Under the pieces are notes generated by a model that had not been told where the DNA came from, searched no databases, and saw only the letters and a list, made by a program, of their open reading frames with translations. Position numbers and translations under genes: made by a program. A stretch of DNA of 64,000 nucleotides from assembly GCA_045639965.1 (NCBI GenBank), contig JAZUEB010000081.1:6013-70012 (forward strand), written 5' to 3'. The DNA comes from Vescimonas sp. (GTDB taxonomy: Bacteria; Bacillota; Clostridia; Oscillospirales; Oscillospiraceae). Below are positions 37,819 to 46,657 of this stretch, one piece after another; the stretch's first letter is position 1; every line of letters begins with the position of its first letter.

Positions 37819-39012
37819 TTAAAATACCTTGCGGTTGCCCTTGCCCTCGTCCAGCTCCATCAGCGCACGGACGGGATCCTTGACCTGCGCCAGGAAGATC
37901 ATGGCGGCGATGATATAGGGCTTATAGGAGGCCTGCTTGTACAGAGGCACCAGATAGCGGTCGAACACGGAGGCGTCTACCTCACCCTCGGTGCAGGAGA
38001 CACCGCTGATGTCGGCGGGCAGGCAGTGGAGATACAGAGCCTTGCCGTCACGGGTCAGCTTCATCATCTCTTCGGTGCAGGCCCAATCCTTGTGCTGGGC
38101 GTTCTCCGCCAGCAGCTTCTTCTCCAGCGCGTCGATGCCGTCCTTGTCGCCGGCGGCATACAGACGGGTGCGCTCTTCCATGGCCTGGAAGGATGCCCAG
38201 CTCTTGGGATAGACGATGTCGGCGTCCTTGAACGCTTCCTTCATGTCGTTGGTCTTGCGGAACTTGGAGCCGTACTTCTCGCAGTTCTTGCGGGCGACCT
38301 CTTCCACCTCGGGCATCACGTCATATCCCTCGGGATGAGCCAGGGTCACGTCCATGCCGAAACGGGTGAACAGACCGATCACGCCCTGGGGAACGGACAG
38401 AGGCTTGCCGTAGGAGGGACTGTAAGCCCAGGTCATAGCGACCTTCTTGCCCTTCAGGTTCTCTACGCCGCCGAAGTAGTGAATGACGTGCAGCATATCC
38501 GCCATGCACTGGGTGGGGTGATCCACGTCGCACTGCAGGTTCACCAGAGTGGGCTGCTGCTCCAGGATACCGTCACGGTAGCCTTCACGGGTGGCGTCCA
38601 TAAAGGTCTTCTGATACTTGTGACCCTCGCCGATGAACATATCGTCGCGGATACCGATGACGTCGGCCATGAAGGAGACCATGTTCGCGGTTTCCCGGAC
38701 GGTCTCGCCGTGGGCGATCTGGGACTTCTTCTCGTCCAGATCCTGGACCTCCAGACCCAGCAGGTTGCAGGCGGAGGCGAAGGAGAAACGAGTACGGGTG
38801 GAGTTGTCGCGGAAGATGGAGATGCCCAGACCGCTGTCAAACACGCGGGTGGACTTGTTGCGCTCCCGCAGATCGCGCAGGGCGTCGGCAACGGTGAAAA
38901 CGGCGTCGATCTCATCATCGGTCTTGTCCCAGGTCCAATAGAAATCGTTCTTGTACATGTTGTTGATGTTCAGGGTGCTCAGATGACGAGCCAGTTCAAC
39001 GGTCTTGCTCAT
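37819..39012 (-). CDS. ygeW: knotted carbamoyltransferase
   Basis: FRDNSTRTR, NLQCDVDHPTQ, WAYSPSYGKPLSVPQG and HCLPAD motifs. Confidence 0.93.
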   Translation of the reverse strand: MSKTVELARHLSTLNINNMYKNDFYWTWDKTDDEIDAVFTVADALRDLRERNKSTRVFDSGLGISIFRDNSTRTRFSFASACNLLGLEVQDLDEKKSQIAHGETVRETANMVSFMADVIGIRDDMFIGEGHKYQKTFMDATREGYRDGILEQQPTLVNLQCDVDHPTQCMADMLHVIHYFGGVENLKGKKVAMTWAYSPSYGKPLSVPQGVIGLFTRFGMDVTLAHPEGYDVMPEVEEVARKNCEKYGSKFRKTNDMKEAFKDADIVYPKSWASFQAMEERTRLYAAGDKDGIDALEKKLLAENAQHKDWACTEEMMKLTRDGKALYLHCLPADISGVSCTEGEVDASVFDRYLVPLYKQASYKPYIIAAMIFLAQVKDPVRALMELDEGKGNRKVF

Positions 39013-39048
39013 GGTTTTATTCTCCTTTTTTGTGTTGTCATGTGGTAT

Positions 39049-39126
39049 GTAGGGGCGACCCTTGCGGTCGCCCGCCTATCGTGCAGAATCAAACTCTCTG
39101 CGGGCAGCCGCAAGGGCTGCCCCTAC
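39049..39126. repeat. REPIN: inverted pair of GTAG REPs
   Basis: GTAG-GGGCGACC-cttgc-GGTCGCCC (39049-39073) and GGGCAGCC-gcaag-GGCTGCCC-CTAC (39102-39126). Confidence 0.85.
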
Positions 39127-39140
39127 GGAAAAGGCAGAAA

Positions 39141-40538
39141 TTATTTAATGTCGTTGCCCGTCAGCTCCTGGCGGAAGGAGGTGGCGGAGCCGTCCTTGTT
39201 CTCGGGTTTATAGAGCCCGGGAACGGCGGCGTACAGCGCAGCGCAGGTCACCAGATCCTGCTTGAAGGTCACCTCATTGGGGGCGTGAGCCTGGGACCCG
39301 GCACCGGGGCCGAAGCCGACGCAGGGGATGCCGTAGCGCCCCTGGATGGACACACCGTTGGTGGAGAAGGTCCACTTATCAGTCAGAGGACGACCCTCGC
39401 GCTTGGACTTCGCCAGCTCGGTAGGCATCAGACGCTTTTCACCCCACAGAGCGTGGTGGGCGTCGATGAGAGCCTGGACGTGGGGAGCGGACTCCTTGTT
39501 GATCCAGGTGGGGAAGAAGCACTCGGTCTCGTAGACGTGGCCGGTCCATGCCGGACGGTCATACATATACATGGAGACCTTCACGTCCTTGGCGTACTTA
39601 CGGCAGGCGGGCAGATCCTCGATCTCTTTCAGGCAGGACTTGTAGGTCTCGCCGGCGGTCATGCGGCGGTCGATGGAGATGGCGCAGCTGTCCGCCACGG
39701 CGCAGCGGGAGGGAGAGGTGTAGAAGATCTGGGAGGTGGTGCAGGTGCCGCGGCCCAGGAAACGGGCATCCTCGTAGTGGTCGGGGTTGTACTTGGGATC
39801 CAGCATCTTCACAAGACCCTTGATCTCCTTGTCGTCGGCGGCATCGTTTTCATTGAGGTCACGGACGTTTTCAATGATCTCTGCCATCTTGTGAATGGCG
39901 TTGTCACCGCGCTCGGGAGCGCTGCCGTGGCAGGAGATGCCGTGGACATCCACCCGGATCTCCATACGGCCGCGGTGACCGCGGTAGATACCGCCGTCGG
40001 TGGGCTCGGTGGAGATGACGAACTCGATCTGCTCACGGGCGTCATCGGGACCCTTGAAATACTCATTGACGATAGACTGCCAGCACATACCGTCGCAGTC
40101 CTCTTCCTGTACGGAACCCACCACCATCATCTTGTAGCCGGCGGGGATCAGGTTCAGATCCTTCATGATTTTCACGCCGTAGGCGGCGGCAGCCATGCCG
40201 CCCTCCTGGTCGGAACCGCCGCGGCCATAAATGATATCCTCGGTCTCGTAACCCTGATAGGGATCGGATTCCCAGTTGTTGATATTGCCGATACCCACGG
40301 TATCGATATGGCTGTCGATGGCGATGATCTTGTCACCGCTGCCCATCCAGCCGATCACATTACCCAATTTATCGAATTCCACCTTGTCATAGCCCAGAGC
40401 TTTCAGCTCTTCGGCGATGCGGCGAACCACGCCCTCTTCCTCGCAGGACTCAGAGGGGATGGCGATCATGTCACGCAGGAACTTTACCATCGCGGGCTTA
40501 TAACCCTCAGCAGCTTTTTTGATCGCTTCAAAATCCAT
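39141..40538 (-). CDS. ygeY: YgeY family M20 metallo-hydrolase
   Basis: [40 protein letters not shown] and WTFSTNG motifs. Confidence 0.93.
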   Translation of the reverse strand: MDFEAIKKAAEGYKPAMVKFLRDMIAIPSESCEEEGVVRRIAEELKALGYDKVEFDKLGNVIGWMGSGDKIIAIDSHIDTVGIGNINNWESDPYQGYETEDIIYGRGGSDQEGGMAAAAYGVKIMKDLNLIPAGYKMMVVGSVQEEDCDGMCWQSIVNEYFKGPDDAREQIEFVISTEPTDGGIYRGHRGRMEIRVDVHGISCHGSAPERGDNAIHKMAEIIENVRDLNENDAADDKEIKGLVKMLDPKYNPDHYEDARFLGRGTCTTSQIFYTSPSRCAVADSCAISIDRRMTAGETYKSCLKEIEDLPACRKYAKDVKVSMYMYDRPAWTGHVYETECFFPTWINKESAPHVQALIDAHHALWGEKRLMPTELAKSKREGRPLTDKWTFSTNGVSIQGRYGIPCVGFGPGAGSQAHAPNEVTFKQDLVTCAALYAAVPGLYKPENKDGSATSFRQELTGNDIK

Positions 40539-40616
40539 GTTGAACCTCCATGTAAAATATATTTTCACTTTTAGAAACACAATCAGTGGGAGAATGCACA
40601 AGATCTCCTACCTCGT

Positions 40617-40713
40617 ATAATAGCACAGTCACCGCAGATGTCAAACAAAATTTTAGAAAGCCTAAAAAAATTTTTGAAAAAAACATTGATTTTGCGGCAG
40701 TTTGTGGTATGAT
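40617..40713. promoter_or_regulatory. divergent sigma-A promoters
   Basis: minus TTGACA-16-(TG)TATTAT; plus TTGATT-16-(TG)TATGAT. Confidence 0.6.
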
Positions 40714-40774
40714 AGAAGAGGACAAATTTATAAGTGAATAATCCGACCAAAATTTGATAAGGAGAGTTGATCGT

Positions 40775-41428
40775 ATGGAAGCAAAACGATTAGAAGCTCT
40801 GAAGCAAATCGCGAGCGGTATCGCGGCGCAGTTCGGAGACAAATGTGAGGTAGTGATCCACGAGGTCAGTCCCAACAGCACAGACCATTCTATCGTACAT
40901 ATTGAAAATGGTTATATCTCGGGCCGCAAGGTGGGAGACGGCGCATCTCAGGTGGTGCTGGATCAGCTGGCGCACCAGGACAAGCAGCCTGCCGATCATC
41001 TGTGTTATCTGACCCGTACCCCCAACGGCAAGATCCTGAAATCCTCCACCCTCTATATCCGCAACAGCAAGGGGGCGGTCTCGGCAATTTTTTCCATTAA
41101 CTACGATGTGACCAATCTGATCCTGATGCATCAGGAGCTGGGGGAGATGGTCATGCCCCGGGATCGGGAGCAGGTAGAACCCCAGAAGATCATCAATGTC
41201 AACGATGTGCTCAATGAGCTGATCACCCAGTCGGTGCAGCTGGTGGGCAAACCTGTGGCGCTGATGAACAAAGACGACAAGATCCGGGCGATCCGTTTTT
41301 TGAACGATGCCGGAGCGTTCCTGGTGACCAAGTCCGGTGACAAAGTGGCAAAATACTTCGGTATTTCCAAATACACGCTATATTCTTATATTGACGCAAA
41401 TAAGCAGGAGGAAAAGAAAAATGGGTAA
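40775..41428 (+). CDS. YheO/DauR-like PAS + HTH transcriptional regulator
   Basis: CEVVIH, ENGYISGRKVGD, LKSST and GAFLVTKS..VAKYFGISKYTLYSY motifs. Confidence 0.88.
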   Translation: MEAKRLEALKQIASGIAAQFGDKCEVVIHEVSPNSTDHSIVHIENGYISGRKVGDGASQVVLDQLAHQDKQPADHLCYLTRTPNGKILKSSTLYIRNSKGAVSAIFSINYDVTNLILMHQELGEMVMPRDREQVEPQKIINVNDVLNELITQSVQLVGKPVALMNKDDKIRAIRFLNDAGAFLVTKSGDKVAKYFGISKYTLYSYIDANKQEEKKNG

Positions 41429-42896
41429 AATTGATCTGCGTATTAACAAGGCCGGTCTGGAGAACAACATCCGGAAGGCAAAGGAAAACAACATCATCAT
41501 CCCCACCATCGCCCAGATGCAGAATCCCGACCTGATCCCCGACAAGATCAAGGACAAGCTGAGCCGTACCGGTTTGTGGGATGTGGATCCCGTGAACCTG
41601 TTCCGTATTTCCTGGCACAACGAGGCCAAGGAGAGCGGCGGACTGTTCCAGAAAGTTCCCAACTATGTGGAGATCCCCAGCGCCCTTTCCGGCGTGCCCT
41701 GCCGCATCATCGCCATGGCAGGCAAGTGGTTCCCCACCGGCTGCCATAAAGTGGGCGCCTCCTTCGGCTGCCTGGCACCCCGCCTGGTCACCGGCCAGTT
41801 CGACGTGAACAAGCACAAGGCCGTGTGGCCCTCCACCGGCAACTACTGCCGCGGCGGCGCCTTCAACTCCCGTCTGCTGGGTGCTCAGGGCGTTGCCATC
41901 CTGCCCGCTGAGATGAGCCAGGAGCGTTTTGACTGGCTGCATGAGATCGGCGCCGAGGTCATCGCTACCCCCGGCTGTGAGTCCAACGTCAAGGAGATCT
42001 TCGACAAGACCAATGAGCTGAAGCTGGATCCTCAGTATATGATCTTCAACCAGTTCGAGGAGATGGGCAACCCCCTGTGGCACTATAACGTCACCGGTGT
42101 GGCTCTGGCCGATCTGTTCGAGGCTGTCAAGAAGCCCGGTCAGAAGCTGGCTGCCGCCTGCTTCACCTCCGGCTCCGCCGGCACCATGAGCGCAGGCGAC
42201 CTGCTGAAGGAGCGCTATCCGCAGATGAAGCTGGCCGTGGGCGAGGCTCTGCAGTGCCCCACCATTCTGAATAACGGATTCGGCGGTCACCGCATCGAGG
42301 GCATCGGCGATAAGCATATCCCCTGGATCCATAACGTGAAGAATACCGACATGGCCATCGCCATCGATGACGAGGACTCTCAGCGTCTGCTGCGCCTGTT
42401 CAACACCAAGCCCGGTCAGGCTTACCTGAAGAACGTGCTGGGTCTGGACAACGAGCTGATCGAGAAGCTGACCTGGCTGGGCATCTCCGGTATTGCCAAC
42501 GTGCTGTGCTGCATCAAGGCTGCCAAGTACTATGAGCTCACCGAGAACGACGTGGTCTGCACCGTGCTGACCGACTCTGCCGTGATGTACGGCAGCCGTA
42601 TTGAGGAGCTGAACCAGATGTACGGCGCCTACACCGATACTGACGCCGTGGTGGATCACAATCTGCACATGCTGGGTCTCAAGACCGACAACATGATGGA
42701 GATGGGTTATGCCGAGCGCAAGCGCGTCCACAACCTGAAGTATTACACCTGGGTCGAGCAGCAAGGCAAACAGACCGCCGAGCTGAACGCCCTGTGGTAC
42801 GACGTGGAGAACACCTGGGATGCCGTCCATGCACAGGCAAAGGATCTGGACGAGCTGATCAACGCCTTCAACGACGCCACCGGTCTTTTGAAGTAA
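41421..42896 (+). CDS. fold-type II PLP-dependent enzyme (cysteine synthase/TrpB-like), substrate unknown
   Basis: FPTGCHKVGA (PLP Lys), PSTGNY, TSGSAGT and HRIEGIG motifs. Confidence 0.85.
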   Translation: MGKIDLRINKAGLENNIRKAKENNIIIPTIAQMQNPDLIPDKIKDKLSRTGLWDVDPVNLFRISWHNEAKESGGLFQKVPNYVEIPSALSGVPCRIIAMAGKWFPTGCHKVGASFGCLAPRLVTGQFDVNKHKAVWPSTGNYCRGGAFNSRLLGAQGVAILPAEMSQERFDWLHEIGAEVIATPGCESNVKEIFDKTNELKLDPQYMIFNQFEEMGNPLWHYNVTGVALADLFEAVKKPGQKLAAACFTSGSAGTMSAGDLLKERYPQMKLAVGEALQCPTILNNGFGGHRIEGIGDKHIPWIHNVKNTDMAIAIDDEDSQRLLRLFNTKPGQAYLKNVLGLDNELIEKLTWLGISGIANVLCCIKAAKYYELTENDVVCTVLTDSAVMYGSRIEELNQMYGAYTDTDAVVDHNLHMLGLKTDNMMEMGYAERKRVHNLKYYTWVEQQGKQTAELNALWYDVENTWDAVHAQAKDLDELINAFNDATGLLK

Positions 42897-43020
42897 TTGA
42901 AAGTAAATGCGGCAACGGAAACGAATGAGGATCCCAGACTATGATTATAGTCAAAACGGGTATTACTTTGTAACGATTTGTACGGAAAACAGAGAAAGAA
43001 TCCTTGCCGATATAGTTCCC

Positions 43021-43046
43021 GTAGGGGCGGACGACTCTGTCCGCCC
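43021..43046 (+). repeat. GTAG REP inside RAYT ORF
   Basis: GTAG-GGGCGGAC-gactct-GTCCGCCC, encodes VGADDSVRP. Confidence 0.85.
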
Positions 43047-43199
43047 TTACGGCACATTTGAACACAAACTGACCCCGATAGGGAAAATGGTGGAGGATTG
43101 TATTCACCGGATTGGCGAAAATGACCCGGCGGTATCTGTGCAAACATATATTGTCATGCCAAATCACATCCATGTGGTGGTTGCCATTGACGATACGGC

Positions 43200-43225
43200 G
43201 GGCGGACAGGGTCGTCCGCCCCTAC
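43200..43225 (-). repeat. GTAG REP inside RAYT ORF (inverted)
   Basis: GGGCGGAC-agggtc-GTCCGCCC-CTAC, encodes GGQGRPPL. Confidence 0.85.
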
Positions 43226-43415
43226 AAAAAATTGTGCAGGGGTTCAAATCCATCACCACACGAAAATGTTGGGATTATGGACGTACTACTCTCTGGCAGC
43301 GCTCCTTCTACGACCACGTCATCCGCACCGAGGCGGACTATCTCTCCATCTGGCAATACATCGACGAAAACCCCGCCCATTGGGCGGAGGACGAATACTA
43401 TGTGAGGTAATCACC

Positions 43416-44657
43416 ATGAAAAACGTAAAATACGGCAAATGCGTCAAGTGCGGCAAGACCTATGATGCCGTGCCCGACCTGACCAACTGTTCCTGCGGCG
43501 GCATTCTGGACATCGTCTACGACTACGACTACATCAAGTCCGTGCTGACCAAGGAGAAACTGGCAAAGCGGGAAAACCGCTCCATGTGGCGCTACCGGGA
43601 GCTGCTGCCCGTGGAGGAGACCACCCCCGATACGCCTCTGCGTGTGGGTTGGAGTCCCCTGTACGAGGAGCCGAAACTGGCGGAGATGCTGGGCATCCGT
43701 AAGCTGTGGGTCAAGGACGACGGCCAGAACCCCACCGCCTCTTTGAAGGACCGCGCCAGCGCCATGGCGGTCGCCAAGGCGTTGGAGGCAGGTGCCAAGA
43801 CCATCGCCTGTTCCTCCACCGGCAACGCCGCGTCCTCTCTGGCGGGCAACGCCGCCGCCGCAGGTCTCAAGACCTACATCTTCGTTCCCGACCGCGCGCC
43901 CAAGGGCAAGGTGGCGCAGCTCATGATCTTCGGTGCCAACGTCATCTCCGTCAAGGGCAACTACGAGGAGACCTTTAAGATGTCCGCCGCCGCCATCGAC
44001 AAGTACGGCTGGTATAACCGCAACGCCGCCATCAACCCCTACCTTTCCGAGGGCAAGAAGACCGTGGCGCTGGAAATCGCCGAGCAGCTGAACTGGGAGA
44101 TGCCCGACTATCTGGCCATCTCCGTGGGTGACGGCTGCACCATCGCCGGCGTGTGGAAGGGTTTCAAGGATCTGTACGCCATCGGCTTTATCGATAAGCT
44201 GCCCCGTCTGATCTCGGGTCAGTCCACCGGCTGCTATCCCCTCAACCGCGCCATTCAGGAGAACGCCGACTGGTATCCCATGGAGGAGAACACCATCGCC
44301 GACTCCATCTCCGTAGGCGTGCCCCGCAACGCCGACAAGGCGCTGATGGCGATCCGGGAGAGCAATGGTATCGCGGTGAACGTCACCGACGAGGAGATCC
44401 TGGCAGCACAGCGTCTCTTGGGCCGCACCTGCGGTGTGTTCGGTGAGCCTGCCGGCGTCACCGGTGCGGCGGCGCTGAAAAAGGCCTGCGAGCAGGGTCT
44501 CATCCCCCACGACGCCACCGTGGTGTCCGTGGTCACCGGCAACGGCCTGAAGGACGTGGCAAACGCCATCAAGTCCGCCGGGGAACCGCTCCATATCGAG
44601 CCGGACCTCGACCTCATGGTCAAGGGCTTCGCCGACCGCGGCGTCACTGTGGAATGA
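43416..44657 (+). CDS. threonine synthase-like PLP enzyme
   Basis: N-terminal CxxC..CxC, NPTASLKDR, SSTGNAA, EGKKT, EPAG and TGNGLKD motifs. Confidence 0.88.
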   Translation: MKNVKYGKCVKCGKTYDAVPDLTNCSCGGILDIVYDYDYIKSVLTKEKLAKRENRSMWRYRELLPVEETTPDTPLRVGWSPLYEEPKLAEMLGIRKLWVKDDGQNPTASLKDRASAMAVAKALEAGAKTIACSSTGNAASSLAGNAAAAGLKTYIFVPDRAPKGKVAQLMIFGANVISVKGNYEETFKMSAAAIDKYGWYNRNAAINPYLSEGKKTVALEIAEQLNWEMPDYLAISVGDGCTIAGVWKGFKDLYAIGFIDKLPRLISGQSTGCYPLNRAIQENADWYPMEENTIADSISVGVPRNADKALMAIRESNGIAVNVTDEEILAAQRLLGRTCGVFGEPAGVTGAAALKKACEQGLIPHDATVVSVVTGNGLKDVANAIKSAGEPLHIEPDLDLMVKGFADRGVTVE

Positions 44658-44664
44658 AACGCAT

Positions 44665-44695
44665 AAAAAATCCCGTCCTGTCGGACGGGATTTTT
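44665..44695. terminator. terminator
   Basis: AAAAAATCCCGTCC-tgtc-GGACGGGATTTTT. Confidence 0.8.
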
Positions 44696-44699
44696 GCGT

Positions 44700-44756
44700 G
44701 TAGGGCGTGACGACCCCAGCACGCCGTTTAGTAGGGCGGGGTCCCCTGACCCCGCC
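44700..44756 (+). repeat. two tandem GTAG REP-like hairpins
   Basis: GTAG-GGCGTG..CACGCC (44700-44725) and GTAG-GGCGGGGTC..GACCCCGCC (44731-44756). Confidence 0.75.
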
Positions 44757-44758
44757 GC

Positions 44759-44908
44759 TTATTCTGCACCGATATAAATATCCTCCGTCTGCTGCTGTGC
44801 GGCGATCAGCCGCTCCTGCGCCAGACCGATGTTCTGTTTCTGCATCTCCTCCAGCGCATCGGTGATGGCGTTGAACAGCGTGGTGTACATCTTTTGATAG
44901 TCGGGCAT
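44759..44908 (-). CDS. 49-aa small helical protein (MPDYQKMYTTLFNAITDALEEM...)
   Basis: strong AGGAGG RBS before ATG 44908; amphipathic helix pattern. Confidence 0.7.
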   Translation of the reverse strand: MPDYQKMYTTLFNAITDALEEMQKQNIGLAQERLIAAQQQTEDIYIGAE

Positions 44909-44923
44909 GATCTGTCCCTCCTG

Positions 44924-45080
44924 AAAATAAAAAAGTGCGCAGCCGAGACTGCGCACCGAAAAATGCACAGCTCGTTGCTGCGTCGCAACTGACAGGACCC
45001 CAAGGTGTGCCAAAAGAGCGTGCATTTTTACCAAAGTAAAAATACACACCTGGTGTCCTAAATATTCAGTTGCGTCGCAG
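44924..45080 (-). ncRNA. unidentified structured RNA/leader ending in an intrinsic terminator
   Basis: TTGCAC-17-(TG)TAAACT promoter at 45113-45085; long nested hairpin 45080-44978; terminator GTGCGCAG..CTGCGCAC-TTTTTT. Confidence 0.65.
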
Positions 45081-45120
45081 GAACAGTTTACCACAGGAAA
45101 AAGAAAAGTGCAAGAAGGAA

Positions 45121-45150
45121 AAATAACACCGCCATCTGGCGGTGTTATTT
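45121..45150 (-). terminator. tRNA terminator
   Basis: AAATAACACCGCCA-tc-TGGCGGTGTTATTT. Confidence 0.75.
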
Positions 45151-45152
45151 AT

Positions 45153-45228
45153 TGGAGCTTGTGGCCGGACTCGAACCGGCGGCCTGTTCATTACGAGTGA
45201 ACTGCTCTACCAACTGAGCCACACAAGC
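45153..45228 (-). tRNA. tRNA-Thr (anticodon CGT)
   Basis: GCTTGTG acceptor stem, GCTCAGTTGGTAGAGC D arm, GTTCA-CT-CGT-AA-TGAAC anticodon arm, GGTTCGAGTCC T arm, encoded CCA; 76 nt. Confidence 0.96.
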
Positions 45229-45388
45229 ATTTTCAAACTGCGTAATATATTAGCACAAAAAAACTCTCCCGTCAACAGCGGATTTTCAGGAGAGAACTTC
45301 TTTTCCAAATCCTGTATTTCCTCTTTTCAAGTCTGGAAAAGTGGTGTATACTATACCCTGTATAGATATGTATATATAGGAGGCTGCT

Positions 45389-46657
45389 ATGTACGAAAAT
45401 CGAAAAGAGATCATGCAGGACGTCTATTTGACGTATCTGCCTGCCCAAAAATTCAAAACCTGCCTCTTAAGCGCCCATCTGGTGACACCGCTTCGACGGG
45501 AGACCGCATCCTATAACGCCCTGCTGCCGGCGGTACTGCGCCGGGGCACTATGCGCTGCCCGGATATGGAGAGTCTCAGCGCCGCCATGGACACCCTCTA
45601 CGGTGCAAGCATCGACTACACCGTGCGGAAAAAAGGAGAGCGCCAGTGCATCGGCTTTGTGGCAAACTGCATTGACGATGCCTATGCCCCCGGCGGCGAA
45701 AAACTGCTGGAAGGTGTGGCGCAGTTATTGGGTGAACTGTTTTTGGATCCCGTCACCCGCAACGGCCGTTTCCTGCCCGACTATGTGGCCAGTGAGAAGC
45801 AGAACCTCATTGACGCCATCCGTGCCATTCGCAATGACAAGCGGGACTGGGCGGACGTGCGTTTGATGCAGGAGATGTGCGCCGGGGAACCCTATGGCGT
45901 GCTGCGCCTGGGTGACGAGGAGAGCGTGGCAAAGATCGACAACCAGAAGCTCTACCGCCACTATCAGAATTTGTTGACCACCTCCCGTATCGAGATGTTT
46001 TACTGCGGCAGCGCCGATGAGAAACGGGTAGAAAACGCCCTGCTCACCGCTTTTGCCGCCCTGGGACGGGGCAAAGTGGAGGAATTGCCCCCGATTTGTA
46101 AAGTTGCCGCACCCGCGGAACCCCGCATGATTACCGAGGAAATGGATGTCCAGCAGGGCAAGCTGACCATGGGCTGGCGCTGCGAGACCGACGATGTGCC
46201 CGCTATGATCGTCGCCAATCTGCTCTTCGGCGGCACCAGCAACGCCAAGCTCTTTCTGAACGTGCGGGAAAAGCTGTCCCTATGCTACTATGCCGGCTCC
46301 TCCTATGCCCGCTCCAAGGGTATCATGACCGTGTCCTCCGGCATCGAGGTCAAGGACTACGACAAGGCAGTCAACGAGATTTTGCACCAGCTGGAGCAGG
46401 TGAAGCAGGGGAGTTGGGAGGCCTGGGAGCTCTCCGGTGCCCTTGCCACCATGCGGACCTCTCTGGAAGCTCTGCCGGACTCCCAGGGCGCCCTGGAGAA
46501 CTATTATCTGGGCCAGATCGCCACGGATACCCCCGATACACCGGCCGAGCTCTGGCAGGCGATCTCTGCCGTCACAAGGGAGCGTATCATGGCGGCTGCA
46601 CAGAGCGCCAGACTGGATACGGTTTATTTCCTGAAAGGGAAGGAGGAGAGCGTATGA
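45389..46657 (+). CDS. M16 peptidase-like protein, non-catalytic YmfF-like
   Basis: KFKT, LRRGT, QGKL and LFLNVREKLSLCYY motifs; no HxxEH. Confidence 0.85.
   Translation: MYENRKEIMQDVYLTYLPAQKFKTCLLSAHLVTPLRRETASYNALLPAVLRRGTMRCPDMESLSAAMDTLYGASIDYTVRKKGERQCIGFVANCIDDAYAPGGEKLLEGVAQLLGELFLDPVTRNGRFLPDYVASEKQNLIDAIRAIRNDKRDWADVRLMQEMCAGEPYGVLRLGDEESVAKIDNQKLYRHYQNLLTTSRIEMFYCGSADEKRVENALLTAFAALGRGKVEELPPICKVAAPAEPRMITEEMDVQQGKLTMGWRCETDDVPAMIVANLLFGGTSNAKLFLNVREKLSLCYYAGSSYARSKGIMTVSSGIEVKDYDKAVNEILHQLEQVKQGSWEAWELSGALATMRTSLEALPDSQGALENYYLGQIATDTPDTPAELWQAISAVTRERIMAAAQSARLDTVYFLKGKEESV

Larger units (their letters stand above)
42907..43410 (+). mobile_element. REP-associated tyrosine transposase (RAYT/TnpA-REP, HUH Y1 family)
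   Basis: YFVTICT, MPNHIH (HUH), WQRSFYDHVIR and YIDENP motifs; GTAG REPs inside the ORF. Confidence 0.88.

Noticed and set aside
39141-40538. Selenocysteine readthrough in selenium-linked genes
   Set aside because: ygeY, yqeC and neighbours are full length without an in-frame TGA
22238-45047. Other long antisense ORFs (22238..23650, 33592..35271, 35326..36669, 39030..40574, 41223..42830, 43398..45047)
   Set aside because: They lie opposite well-supported genes and show no protein-family signal
45153-45228. tRNA-Thr as an integration site of a genomic island
   Set aside because: No integrase and no duplicated tRNA 3' end noticed in the window
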